Shown in pieces: positions 52,499 through 64,000 of a DNA stretch of 64,000 bases. The first letter of the stretch is position 1, and every line of letters begins with the position of its first letter. This DNA is from Octopus sinensis (lineage: Eukaryota), in the NCBI RefSeq assembly GCF_006345805.1, contig NC_042997.1, positions 128,650,001 through 128,714,000 on the forward strand, read 5' to 3'. The notes under the pieces are model-generated. The model was not told where the DNA came from and did not search any database. It worked only from the letters and a program-made list of their open reading frames with translations. Position numbers and translations under genes: made by a program.

Positions 52499-52608
52499 AC
52501 TTAGACTCTGATGTCTTTTCAGGGGATTGATTCCACAAGGTAAAGGATACCAATGTCTTTACCTTGTGGAATCAGTCACTTGTAAAGACATCGGAGTCCA
52601 AGTTTTAA
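52494..52608. repeat. 50-bp stem hairpin next to (TA)n
   Basis: AAACTTAGACTCTGATGTCTTTTCAGGGGATTGATTCCACAAGGTAAAGG - short loop - TCTTTACCTTGTGGAATCAGTCACTTGTAAAGACATCGGAGTCCAAGTTT. Confidence 0.9.
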
Positions 52609-52703
52609 TCTTTTGAGCACTACTAAGTGTTTTCTATATGGAGAATCTCTGAATCTCATCTGTGAACCATATATATAGGAATGTGTACATATTTATATAT
52701 GCA

Positions 52704-52750
52704 TCCGTGCTAGCATGGAAAACGGACGTTAAACGATGATGATGATGATG
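52704..52750 (+). mobile_element. Minimal RTE-type tail insertion
   Basis: CCGTGCTAGCATGGAAAACGGACGTTAAACGATGATGATGATGATG. Confidence 0.75.
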
Positions 52751-53746
52751 TATGTGTTTTTGTTCCCTTGTCTTGACATCACATGATACTTATAAACAAG
52801 CATCACCATCATACAAGTGGTATCGTTTGTTTACAATCTTCCATGAAGATATATTGACCATGAGAAAATGTTTCCAACAGATGAAGGTGGGCATAATTAG
52901 AATTTGTGTCTCAATGAATGGAAAATTTAACATTAAAAGAAAGATATATTAAGTCATTTGACACCAACCCACTTAATAATAACCTTGATTCTATGGCATA
53001 AACTTACTGTTATCAAGTGATTTTGATTATAATCTTAAATTCAAATTTTGTATGCTGAAGTTATTTTAAATTGTTATTCATTATTTTTTATATTAATTGA
53101 AATGAAGGGGTTGTATTTCAACAGAAACATGATGACAGAAGAATTAGACTAATCAATGAAAAATGATGGTTTATTTTCTTACTGAAATTTAAGATTCAAT
53201 TTCATAGATTTCTGTTTTGATAAAAACACTAAATTAACAAATGAATGAATATGGTGTTATAGTTTAGTTGACCTCTCCCCACAAATAATGAACTAATTAA
53301 ACTAATTCTGTATATGAGTGTGACTTTTACTTATCAGTCTTGTGTAAGCTTACCACTGACCTTGTGGAACCATTACTCATCTGTTCCCTTTGCCGTCCTT
53401 ACAACTCTTCAAACCATAAGAGTACATTCTACCAATTCTTGCATTGTTCTATATGCTCTAAACCTAACAAAGGCCATACCTGTCATCATGCCAACTAGTA
53501 GTGTAATGTACTTTATCTTACTTCTTTGTGATAACCAATTTGTGATAACCAATATGGTTGTCACAGAACAATATGTACCTGAAACATTTTCTCTTTTCAC
53601 ATCAGATTTTGCTCTGAATAAGCCTTTAAACATGATTGTTCATTGTTTTACATAAGAATTTTCCATGTCAAACATTAACTTTTAATTATCTGGATTGAGA
53701 TCTTCAAGCTAGATTGTTGTATCAGTGCATTTATAGGTGCTCCTCA

Positions 53747-54641
53747 TGACTTCAACTTCTTTACAGTCTACAGTACATAACAATCTTATTACTGTCACTA
53801 CTAGTCTCCTATAGATAAAACTTCCCAACAATCTTCCCACACCATCAACATTCAGATGTACGTAATGTTTTCTAAGAACAGAAATACTAACTATACCCTA
53901 CAGTAGAGTAAAGGAATTGATAATCTGTTCTCATCTAACATGACTATGATATAAACACTACACCTTTCAAAACAATATATCTGCATCACTACACCACCAT
54001 CACCATCACATTAGCAATACTGGCTACAGATATGACTGTAGTGTTAAGAAGATCACTTTACAACTGCATGGATTCCACTGCATGTCACCTTGAAGTGTTT
54101 TCAACCATTGACCTCTGCCTTGGCTTCCTGGGTGAACCTTGCTAAACAGAAACAATGTGTAAGTCCCTTTTTTTTGTGTGTGTGATAGACTTAATATTTG
54201 CATGGTTTAGAACCACCTGCTACATAGTTGATTTAATGAATTTCACTGTAAGCTTTTAGATCAGGGTTCCAATCTGAAAATAACTTTCTTCTTTCCAACA
54301 ATTACTGTGATCCTGAAAAGTGTCACTGCAACTTTTGTTCCTTTAAATTATTAAAAATATACACAACTAAAACCTTTCAATTCATACAATTCATGAACCT
54401 CACAATCGTTGCTAATTTTTATAATCATCAATTTACTGCACCCGTAACCAGAAGTGACTTCAAAACTTATTGCATATTTGGTTCATAATAAGAATCAGAA
54501 AGACATTCTCAGCTTCATGGTACCTTCTCTTGACTTAGACTTCTTTACAGTCTTCAGTACATAACAGTCTTATTACTGTCACTACTAGTCTCTTATAGAT
54601 AAAACTTCCCAACAATCTTCCCACACCATCAACATTCAGAT
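53747..54641. repeat. 111-bp direct repeat pair (53747-53857 and 54531-54641)
   Basis: TGACTT..ACTTCTTTACAGTC.CAGTACATAACA.TCTTATTACTGTCACTACTAGTCTC.TATAGATAAAACTTCCCAACAATCTTCCCACACCATCAACATTCAGAT; 5 mismatches by manual count. Confidence 0.95.
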
Positions 54642-55669
54642 ATTCTGCTCTGGTGTCCTCTTTTTCTCTCTTAAGCCTGTTTCTGTTATGGCTTCAGCTA
54701 ATCGTCAAGAGTTCACATCTAACATTAACGCTATCAATACTATTCAGTTATTTCTCTCCTCCAATTGATGAAGGCCTGAAAAGTTAAATCAACAGCCCTT
54801 CTTCCACAAATTCATGAAAAAAAATTTTCATTTCTGGTAAAGTAACCTTTCATCTACTAACAGTCATATCTTTTACAGTAAACTCATTTTAAAAACCTAT
54901 TTCTTGCTTTTAGCATTTTGAGAAATGATCAAAACATATTTTTTCCAGTGGAGACAGAAAATTTCTAAACTTACTTTTATATTCCATTATCAGCTCTTAT
55001 ATTGGTACATTTTTAATGTGAGCTAATGCAAATATTGTTTCATGTTTTTTAATAATGGATATGTAAGTATTTATCTCTGTAATACAAATCCATCTTTCTA
55101 TTTTGTATAGCAAGTAAACATGCTGCAACCATTATTTTTGTCTAGATAGCTCCATGTTAACATTAAAAAAGAAAATGTAGTATATTTTTCTCTATGTTTT
55201 CATATCAATTATTTATGAATATGCTTATTTATGTTATTGTCAATTTTTCACAAAGCCTTTTTATGTTAAACATAAAACAGAAATCCTTGATTTGGAATTT
55301 GTTTTAGGAATTATATTCCAATAAAATCCTTGATAGGTGTAGGATTAAAATATATAGTCTAATTCAAAGGAATTCAATGATGCCACTTAACCTACCAAAC
55401 TATATGCCAAATATATTTTCTCTTTGCTTATTTGTTTTGCTTTCCTGTAACTAGAGTAGGAGACTTACCATAAACCCATTGTTGTTCTTCAGCTTTCATA
55501 AAACTCCTACTTAGTAAAATTATTACATCAGCTATATAAATTTTGCAAGCACTTCAGTTATGTCAACCTGCATATCAATGTGTGTGTGTGTACATATATG
55601 TATATGAGTGTGCATATAAACATGCACATATATAAGCACATAGACACATACACTTGTGCTTACACACAT

Positions 55670-56660
55670 TGTCACCATGTTTATTTATTTGTCTTTTTTT
55701 GTTTGTTTGCTTTTTAGCCTGCCTTTCTATGCAAATTGTCATAATCTCAACCAGCTTTTATTTGGAGTTGCTGCCCTCTTAGATGGGACCAAAATTACAT
55801 CGCTCTCTTGCTTTCTGCTTTTGGTATGGTCTCTATGGCTTGATATGCTTCTTATTGCTTACCACTTTATTGAGCATACTGAATGCATTTCTTATTGTGG
55901 TACCAGCACTAGTGATGTTGTCTTCTCCCTGGGAAGACTAAAGATTTCTCTATACTATATGTGTCTTTGGGTTCATTTCTTTCCTTACACAAGTGATAAA
56001 AAAAGAATTAGTGCAAGAAGGGTGTAAGAACAGAACCAAAAGGACAGGAACAAGAAAGTGATAGATAGCTACATGAAGGTTGTTGGTAAGGGGATTGAAT
56101 AGAAATAATATCATTCAGAGTGTATTAAAAGAGAGTGATGAAAGAGAGTGAGGGGTGATGAAAGTGAGGGTTAAAGGAAGAGAACAAGAGCAGTAATAGT
56201 GAGAAAGTGATACAGGAGAGAGTAAAGGATGAGACAGATGATAGATAATTACATGATGATTGTTGGCAAGGAGAGAGAATAATAGGAGGGAGCCGGTGAT
56301 TGAATAGGCAGTTCTGATAGTGAGGAGAGGGATGGATATCCAATGATGGTGGAGGGAGTAATGTGAGAGAGAGTTATGGACAACAATGATTATGGGTGAT
56401 GGTAAGAAAGTAGAAGTTGTTGGGTATCAGTAAGGAGTAATAGGGGAGTAATGGATAAGGAGGTTATAACTAGTAATAAAGATGGATGATGATAAGAGAG
56501 GATTGTATTTGGACAGTTCCAATACAATGCCATCCTTCATTACATAGGTGGTACAATAGGAGAGAGATAGAGTGATAATAAGAAAGTACATTGATTAATG
56601 AGTGAAGTGAGTGATAGATGAGAGAGTAACAAAGGGAGGGAGACTTGATCTGAACATAAT
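55670..56660 (-). mobile_element. RTE-type tail plus long GA-rich segment (old)
   Basis: TTTGGTATGGTCTCTATGGCTTGATATGCTTCTTATTGC..ACCACTTTA...GTGGTACCAGCACTAGTG followed by about 600 bp of purine-rich sequence. Confidence 0.5.
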
Positions 56661-56699
56661 AGCTAAGTAAGACTTTAATATAGATGTACATTCTAATCC

Positions 56700-57430
56700 C
56701 CATCATGACCACCACCATAATTTCTTTTATGTCCTTTTTACTATGCTTATTTAGTAAAGTGAGACCTCTCTATTGCAGTACTTCACTTCAATTTGGAGTC
56801 TCTTGACACCACTCTTGTGTCTTCCTTGTTCCATCAACTTAGAGTGCTTGGCACTTCTTTGTACAACTGAGATCCTGTATGCACATCATGAGCCCATTCC
56901 AGCACAATCTTCTCTCGCGCACACAACATCTGATTCCTCTTCTATGTAGTCTTTTATTTTGTACTTTATTATTCATGCTCACTAACATTACACATTTAAA
57001 GCCTATGACTTACTATCATGTACCATCACATTGTGTACACAAGCATTGTATCATCTATCCTGCCTATATTCAAAGAAGAAATTGCTTTGTTGAAAACAGA
57101 GGTAATAAGCTCCTTGATAATTTTCACTATGTTCTTACTCTAGCAGCTAAGCTTACGGGACTCCCATTTCTATTGTTACTTAGGTCACCCAGGTAACAAA
57201 AGCTACTAACTACTTCAAACTTATATTTGACATGTACTCTTATTGCTAACTGCCCTTCTGCATCTGTCATATATAAAGTTTACTTACCCTGTCCTTCTTG
57301 TGATCCTACTACACCACTTGAACACCAATGGTTTACACTAGATATACCTACCACATACCAATCCAACGAACTCCATTAGCCTTTGCTTAGTTTACTTTAA
57401 AGCTTTTAGATTCTGGGCTTTATTTCCAGG
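56700..57430 (-). mobile_element. RTE-clade LINE fragment, old
   Basis: Minus strand EVVSSFCYLGDL...MVHDSKS*AL...VRERRLCWNGLMMC (equivalent to RRLRWYGHV). Confidence 0.7.
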
Positions 57431-58311
57431 TTTACTATTTCAACTTTAACTGTTTGATTGACTCAACTATGAAATCTAGGTCATCATCAACATTGTCAGC
57501 ATTTCAATCTCCAGTTTTCTGTGCTGGTACGGGTCATGGTGTTCATTGAGGTAGATTCTCTGTAGATGGATGTCTTTCCTGTTGCCAATCCACACCGCTT
57601 TCCCAGCAAGAAAATATTTTCTCATGGTCAAACATATTTTTGCAGAAGACTGGAAACAAATTATGCATTTTCATATGCTAGTAGCACTCATTTACACCCA
57701 TCATGCAATGTTGAGACAAAGACATACATACACATGCACACACATACATATACATACACACACTGTGTGTCCAGACACATGTTTTTGACATTCAGATACA
57801 TATAGAAGACTGTGTTCTCATTATGAGTTCACCAGCAGACCAACAAAGACACTGGTAATTGTATGTTGCTCTTTATATATACCATAACACAGAAAGCAAT
57901 GATGTATGAAAACAGCCAAATTATTAAAAAAAAAATTCACATATGCAATTTTCTACACAATGTGAGAACTCTGAAATTGCTGATATGAATATTGAAAATA
58001 TAAATTTAAATTTAACCTATGGAAATGAAGTGTTATAGTGGTAGGTAAAGAAAAAATATTATTTTCGTGCAAAGCAATTAAGGAGATATTTCAATAATAG
58101 TGAAAAGAATCAGATTTAGAGTTATAATATTTACAAAGTTATATAAGAATTGCAAGTACAAAGAAATCCTTGAAAATATAATCAAACCACTTATTAAGAT
58201 AAATATTTTTTTTATATATGTATATATACATATATCATCATCATCATTTAATGTCTACTTTTCCATGCTTGCGTAAGTTGGATGGAATTTGTTGATGCAG
58301 ATTTTATATAT

Positions 58312-58447
58312 AGGCGTGGCTGTGTGTTTAAGAAGCTTGTTTCTCAGACATATAGTTTTCAGCATGGCACTTTGAGTAAGTGTCTTCCATTTCCAATGCC
58401 AACCAAAGCTTTAGAGCGAACTTAATGGATGGAAACTGAAAGAAGCA
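58312..58447 (+). mobile_element. SINE family B, 5' portion
   Basis: AGGCGTGGCTGTGTGTTTAAGAAGCTTG...AAGTGTCTTC...ACCAAAGC...GATGGAAACTGAAAGAAGC. Confidence 0.7.
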
Positions 58448-58506
58448 CATAAAATGTACCTCTCTATATACATTATTAGCAATGAGAACAGTGTTAATAC
58501 CAAAAT

Positions 58507-58770
58507 GTAATCTTTATATCCAATTAAACATAGATGCCATGCTAGAACACTGAATGTTGCGTTGTTAGCCTTGAGAGGTCTTCTTGTAAAGACATGTGGT
58601 GCATAAAACCAGACAAAATTCATGTCATAAGCATTGGAATTTCATCTGCTATGCTCTGTGTGTATGTGCTTTTATGCAGTAAGCACCCATGCAAGAGGAT
58701 CACTCAAGGCTAATAATGCAGTATCTGGTGTTCTAACAAGGCATTCATGTTCAGTTGGATATAAAGATTA

Positions 58771-58771
<1 letters not shown>
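58507..58771. repeat. Approximately 100-bp-arm inverted repeat next to (TA)n
   Basis: GTAATCTTTATATCCAATTAAACATAGATGCCATGCTAGAACAC...TTAGCCTTGAG...TGCATAAAA versus the reverse complement of 58670-58771; opposite-strand ORFs share LKANNA...GYKDY. Confidence 0.9.
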
Positions 58772-58820
<49 letters not shown>

Positions 58821-59117
58821 TAATATATATATATATGGTAATATAAGTAATATTTATCTCCATTTAAAAGTAGTCAGAAGACAAAATACTGTGTTATTTA
58901 CTATGAGAGTAAATAAGCACTCATGTTTATACAACTAGCAAGAGATAATCATCCACTATCACTGCCAGGACTGCCAGATCATGTGATTTCAGCCTTCCTT
59001 TGGTCTTGTTGATGGCAGACACCCAAAGATAGAGATAGCAACAAGTCCTCCATCAGTGATATACATAGAATCTGTGTCTACTCAGGCACTGCTGAATGAG
59101 AAATCACTGCTGTCTCT

Positions 59118-59325
59118 TGAAAAGTTCCTGACTTTGAGTAAAAGAAAATACAGGAGGATCAGTTAATTATGATTTTATTCAACATATTCCTCTCTCAAAT
59201 TCACACACTTATTGCAGTGGTCCTTCAGTGTTTTTTAGCCCTGTAAAATAACTTAGAAACTTGGGCCACCAACCAGGCCTTTTGTGATACTCTTAAAGCC
59301 AGGAACTTCTTAACTCACCCTCTGT
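59118..59325. mobile_element. Mariner-derived MITE (about 200 bp)
   Basis: TIR-like TGAAAAGTTCCTGACTTT ... AAAGCCAGGAACTTCTTA, similar to the AAAAGTTCC core of the 62732 mariner TIR; internal TTTTATTCAACATA is the reverse of a typical mariner stop region. Confidence 0.6.
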
Positions 59326-60119
59326 AAGACTTTTATTTGATGGAGAATGTAAAAAATGTCACCACTTTTGCTTAAGCACTTCTATTGTATACCTGTACAT
59401 GACTACTGCAAACTTGTATATACAGGACAATTGTGTCGTGTATATAATAGATTGGGCTTCTTTTAAGTGGTTAGTATGAACAAGGACAACCCATCTCAGA
59501 ATTTCTCCAACAAAAAATCCCTGCTGTCTATACTAGCAAAGAGAAATGGATATAAAACAGTATAACAATGTGTATAACTCAAATATGTTGCTGTTGTCAT
59601 AGTTGTTTAGCTCAAGGTCAACATTGATCAAATAGACCCTAGCAGCAAAAACATTCCAGTTTTGATTATCTTGTTTCTTTTTCAGAATTAGCTATCCAAT
59701 ATGTCCTTCATTTTTTAAACTATACATGTTATATGTAAGTCCAGCAGTTCTCTGTATTAGTTTGGTTTGGCAGAAGGGGCCATACCCAAGGCCTTTGCAG
59801 GCACTCTAAGGCTGATGAAATCATTGTTGTTAACTTTCTGTTTAAACTATTCCAAGGTGAGAATATATTTACAGTAATCTACAACTGGTCAACAAATATG
59901 CTTCTGTTTTACCACAATATCTAAACATTTTCTTGCTATTTCTGTCTCCTTATTGAAACCAAATCAATGAAATTGTAGTTTATATGTTTAGGTTGTGAGT
60001 TATTTTGAAAACTATTCCTAACAAGAGAATTTCTCAGCTTTCCATTTTAACTGCTTTTAAAGTGAAGAAATAAGTTTCATACTGCTTCCAAACCAGCTCA
60101 CTTTATTTTTGGTCACTTC

Positions 60120-60305
60120 ATCTTGTCACTTATATTATGTCTGCCCTCCCCTCTAAACATTCTAACCCACACTAACTACTATACCCAATCCTTCCTTCTC
60201 AGCAAGTTGACCATCTGGAATTCTCACTTTGCCCACTTTTTCTCCCACAATCATAACTTGCAGTCATTCAAAAAGAATATTAACTATATTAATCTAACCT
60301 GTCCC
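60120..60305 (+). mobile_element. CR1/Jockey-like LINE ORF2 extreme C-terminus
   Basis: HTNYYTQSFLLSKLTIWNSHFAHFFSHNHNLQSFKKNIN matches the SF..R...WN.LP......L..FK end motif. Confidence 0.55.
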
Positions 60306-60399
60306 AAAGAGTCTGTGAAGGACAAGAGCACAGGCTGCCTATTCTTCCAAACTAAATCATTCAAAATTAAAAAAGAAAATTATGTCCATATTTCTGATG

Positions 60400-60636
60400 A
60401 AACCCGCTGTCAAAGTTTTCATTAATTTGAAAACTTATTACAAATTTGGTAGGATTTAGTAAAATAACTTTTATATTATTGACTGGTGTTTGGAACATAA
60501 CAAAAGTTTCTCAGATAAAATTATGAAATTATGATGGAAGATTTTAATTTCAATATAAACAATTAAAAACATTGTTTTTTCTTTTTATATCAATGAACCA
60601 GAGGTGGTCTTAGGCAGGTTAGTATCAAAAGAATTA
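60400..60636. mobile_element. Degenerate TTAA-type MITE copy
   Basis: ATTTAGTAAAATAACT...GGTGTTTGGAACATAA...GATGGAAGATTTTAATT...GGTTAGTATCAAAAGAATTAA; reverse complement of 47451-47670. Another old copy lies at about 52950-53150. Confidence 0.65.
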
Positions 60637-60669
60637 ATTTCCCATGATCTGCTGATTCTAAGCATTTTC

Positions 60670-60925
60670 AAAGAAGAAAAGCTAGACTTTCTCTTCAAGA
60701 CCAGGAAATACTTCAGCTTTGAACAATTGCTGACCTCTACAAGGCACAAGTGTGCACCATATTATAGTATTGCTCATATTATAGTATTGTATGTGAAATC
60801 ATGCAGCTGCTGCTACATACAAGCTTTGTAGTCTGTATCAGAAGACAATGCTATCCAATTAATTAGTAAGACTTCACTAGAACCATTACAACATTGGTGA
60901 GCTGATGAGGAACTTCTACATAGTC
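60670..60925 (+). mobile_element. CR1/Jockey-like LINE post-RT fragment
   Basis: KLDFLFKTRKYFSFEQLLT/LYKAQVCTIL*YCS...AIQLI...SLEPLQH, matching KLGFL.R...F...L..LYKAQ.RP.LEYCS. Confidence 0.6.
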
Positions 60926-61711
60926 ACTGGACTTGCAAGAAATATCAGTCAAATTCCTTTAAAAATGGGAGTGACATGTTAGATAATGTAAGATCCAGAA
61001 TCCAAGGAAGCTAGTTGCAGTCTGTAAAAGCAAAATTTAATCTATAAAAAATAGTTCACGAGGGAAAAGAAAAAAATCACAGTAAATAAATTTGTTATAA
61101 GAAGGGAAAATTTAATGTTTCAGACATTATGTTGAGCACAGAAAGGTGGATGATAATGTAACCACAGGTAGTTCTCTAAAAGAAAACAAGATGGTCATGG
61201 CTGGAATGTCTTTGATCAAATGACTCTTAACCTAGGAGTTAGACTATAACAATTAAAACACTAATGTACTGTATCTGTTCTCTCTCTCTCTCTCTCCCCT
61301 GTTATTATTGTAGTTATTGTCCCTCAAAACTAATAAGCTACACTCCACTCCATACAAGCCTCTCTAAGGCTCCCACCTCTCTTTTCATTCACCTCTGCTG
61401 TTTCTCACACTCACATTCTGAACACTTTTCCCCAATCACTCATTCAGAACTGCAACTTTCTACAAGTCTTTCCTTGGCCATATTTAACTCAGAACTTGGA
61501 ACATCAACTATATCATTTTCACCAAGCAATAGCACTCACTCTGCATACTTGTTGCTTGACATGCTAAAAGTAGCTGCTGAATCTCTCTCCAATCAGATTT
61601 TGCCATCTTGGGCAAAAGAAAGACACAGGTAGGTGTACATCAGCCTATGCCACTGATGTATGCCTCCAATATAAGAGAATACAAAAAGTTCAAACGACAA
61701 GCTGTTAGTTA

Positions 61712-61905
61712 CTGTTTAGCCACAGGCAACTCTGATCCAGTAGGCCTTTAACCAAAAGCATTTGAACTGTGAACACTCAGTATTTTGAGGGGTGTCTAGG
61801 ACTACATTATCTCATGTGTCCTTTACATATTTAAGAGTGTAAGGTGTGATTTGAAGTAGATTTGGCTGCTATGCCTAGCAGATTGAATGACCACCTAGAA
61901 CCTTT
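61712..61905 (+). mobile_element. Repeat family D copy
   Basis: TGTTTAGCCACAGG...GGACTACATTATC...GGTGTGATTTGAAGTAGATTTGGCTGCTAT..CTAGCAG..GAATGACCAC. Confidence 0.65.
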
Positions 61906-62731
61906 TTCATGAAAGTGGTAAGTTTTCAAACCATAAATTAAGCATTATGAAATTCAGTAGTATTTGAAATATATTTTAATCCTATTTCTTAAGAACTTTT
62001 CTAAGGTTATAATTTACTCTAATTATTTCTCTTTTACACCTCATGACTAATTTACTTCTCCTTACTCTATTTTCCTCATTTTTATTTTAATATTTATCTG
62101 ATTCTACTTTGTAAACAATGGCATTGTCGGTTATAGGTTTCCAATAGTACAATTGCTGCTTCACTGCATTTACAGTAGCAAGAGTGATAAAGTGGTATCT
62201 GTGACACTTGGGCAGAACAAACATGTTTTTGCTCAAAAAGCAACAGTTTATCAATTTATTTTACAATGTTTACATCTTTCTCCTGATATACATTAGTGAC
62301 ATATATCATTGTGTGTGTGTGTGTACATATTTACTCTACACATGCATACACCTATTTGAAAAATACATATATAAAAATCTGCTTTCCTCCTGCCTCTAGT
62401 TTACATATAAAGGTGTATCACTCAAAGATGTATATGCATTATTTACATACTCAAGCTGTCACATTCTGAATGTTTTGCTGGCTTAAGAGTGGAGGGGCCA
62501 TACATACACGAAACAGTTTTAATTTGTCCTTATTACTGTAGTTGCACTGGGCTATACAACAGCTAATTTGCATTAAAACCTTGACATGTTTGGGTTCCCT
62601 GAAAAAGAATAGAACAAACTGATTCATATTCTCCAGATAAAATCAGCGGAGGAACAATAAAAATTTGTAAACACATTTCAGGGATTCTCCATTCAAGGTC
62701 CTGGGTGAAAATATGCACACAGTCACATACA

Positions 62732-63610
62732 CAAGGTGGTATCAAAAAGTTCCCAGACTAGTTATGTTTAATAAAAAAGATACCTCATTTACCTAAGTCT
62801 TAACATGATCTCCTTCAAAACAGACACCTTGTGCAGCCATTCACCAGTCCCAGTGTTCCTGCTACTCTTGGAATCTGGCCTGGAAGTAATTTTTTGTAAG
62901 CAAGTTGAGGACCTTCTATGATCCACTCTTGATTTCCACAACATTATGTTAAAATGGTACCCTTTGAGATGCCTTTTCATCTTATAGAAGAGATGGAAGT
63001 CTGCTGTTGCTAAATCTGGTGAATATGGTGGGTGTGGAAACGATACCATGTTGGTTTTGGCAAGAAACACACAAGTGAGGAGAGAGAACTTGGTTACAGT
63101 TTTCATTGTCATCATGAAGAATCTAATTCTTCACACTCCACAGATCCAGTTGTTTGTGCCTAATGTTCTACATAGAATGCCTCAAAATGTTGTTGATTGT
63201 CCTCTGATGATCTTCATCCACAAGCTGATGAATTTTTACCACATCTCCAGGGATGACACTTGTAGCAGGTCTTCTAGATCACTCATCATCTTCCAGGAAC
63301 ATTCTTCCACTTTTGAAATGCCCGTGCCACTTGAAACATTGAATATGATCCATTGCCTCATTGCCATATGCTTGCTGAAGCATGTTCAATGCTTCTGTAG
63401 CAGATTCCCTGAGTTTAATGCAAAATTCCATGTTGGCTCTTTGTTCTAGCATCCTGTCCATAACCAAAATCACAGACTAGAGCATACATGTGATCACAAA
63501 AACACAAATTTCATAACTTGCAAAGTAAACACAGCAATGTCACTCAGCACACAAGCATGTGCTGCCATCTGTTGGCACACTACAGTCCAGGAACTTCTTC
63601 ATACCACCTG
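62732..63610 (-). mobile_element. Internally deleted mariner transposon with both TIRs
   Basis: TIRs AGGTGGTATCAAAAAGTTCCCAGACT and reverse complement AGGTGGTATGAAGAAGTTCCTGGACT; ORF 63279-63473 EQRANMEFCIKLRESATEALNMLQQAYG...FKSGRMFLEDDE (HTH); ORF 62789-63115 HPPYSPDLATADFHLF; ILHDDN upstream. Confidence 0.92.
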
Positions 63611-64000
63611 TACATATACACTATATATATATGCACACATAAACTGTAATGAAACACGCAAACACTTGTGTTCTATTATAATATGCACATCCCTGAATGC
63701 AAGTTTATCCATATGCATACAGCATGCACTTATATATGCACACGTCATCCAATTCAGGTAACTACAAAACCCAAGAGCAGTCTTCACTTCAACAAAAGAA
63801 CTTTACCTCTTTATTAGTGACTGGCTTGAATGCTGCGAAGGAAAAAACTTAAATTACATCCCAAAGAATTATGTGTGTGTGCATGCATGTGTGTCTGTGT
63901 GTGTACATGCAGTGTTTTCATTTACTAAATTCGACTCAAAAGGCAATTACTGTTAGTTAATCCAGATATTGTAGAAAACATTTGCCTAAGCTGCTGCACA

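Overview
AT-rich eukaryotic DNA, intergenic or deep intronic. The repeat content looks like an Octopus genome: very dense (TA)n/(CA)n/(GATA)n microsatellites, several tRNA-derived SINE families and RTE-type 3' tails ending in (GAT)n. The species call is an inference from repeat style. I found no intact host protein-coding gene, rRNA, true tRNA or CRISPR array, and almost all ORFs in the track are microsatellite or low-complexity translations. Every recognisable protein motif belongs to a decayed transposable element: four RTE LINE fragments, several CR1-like LINE fragments (one with GVPQG and YADD), a Penelope-like element (RT plus GIY-YIG) interrupted by a TTAA-flanked MITE, an internally deleted mariner and a DD37D/maT-type Tc1/mariner. 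The most notable non-coding signal is a set of sequence-unrelated long foldback inverted repeats sitting directly against (TA)n tracts. The largest (17151-17728) carries a minimal type I hammerhead ribozyme core in one arm and a mutated copy in the other. Two retroposon 3' tails show covarying stem-loops, one of them shared between a LINE and a SINE family. All alignments and counts were done by eye.
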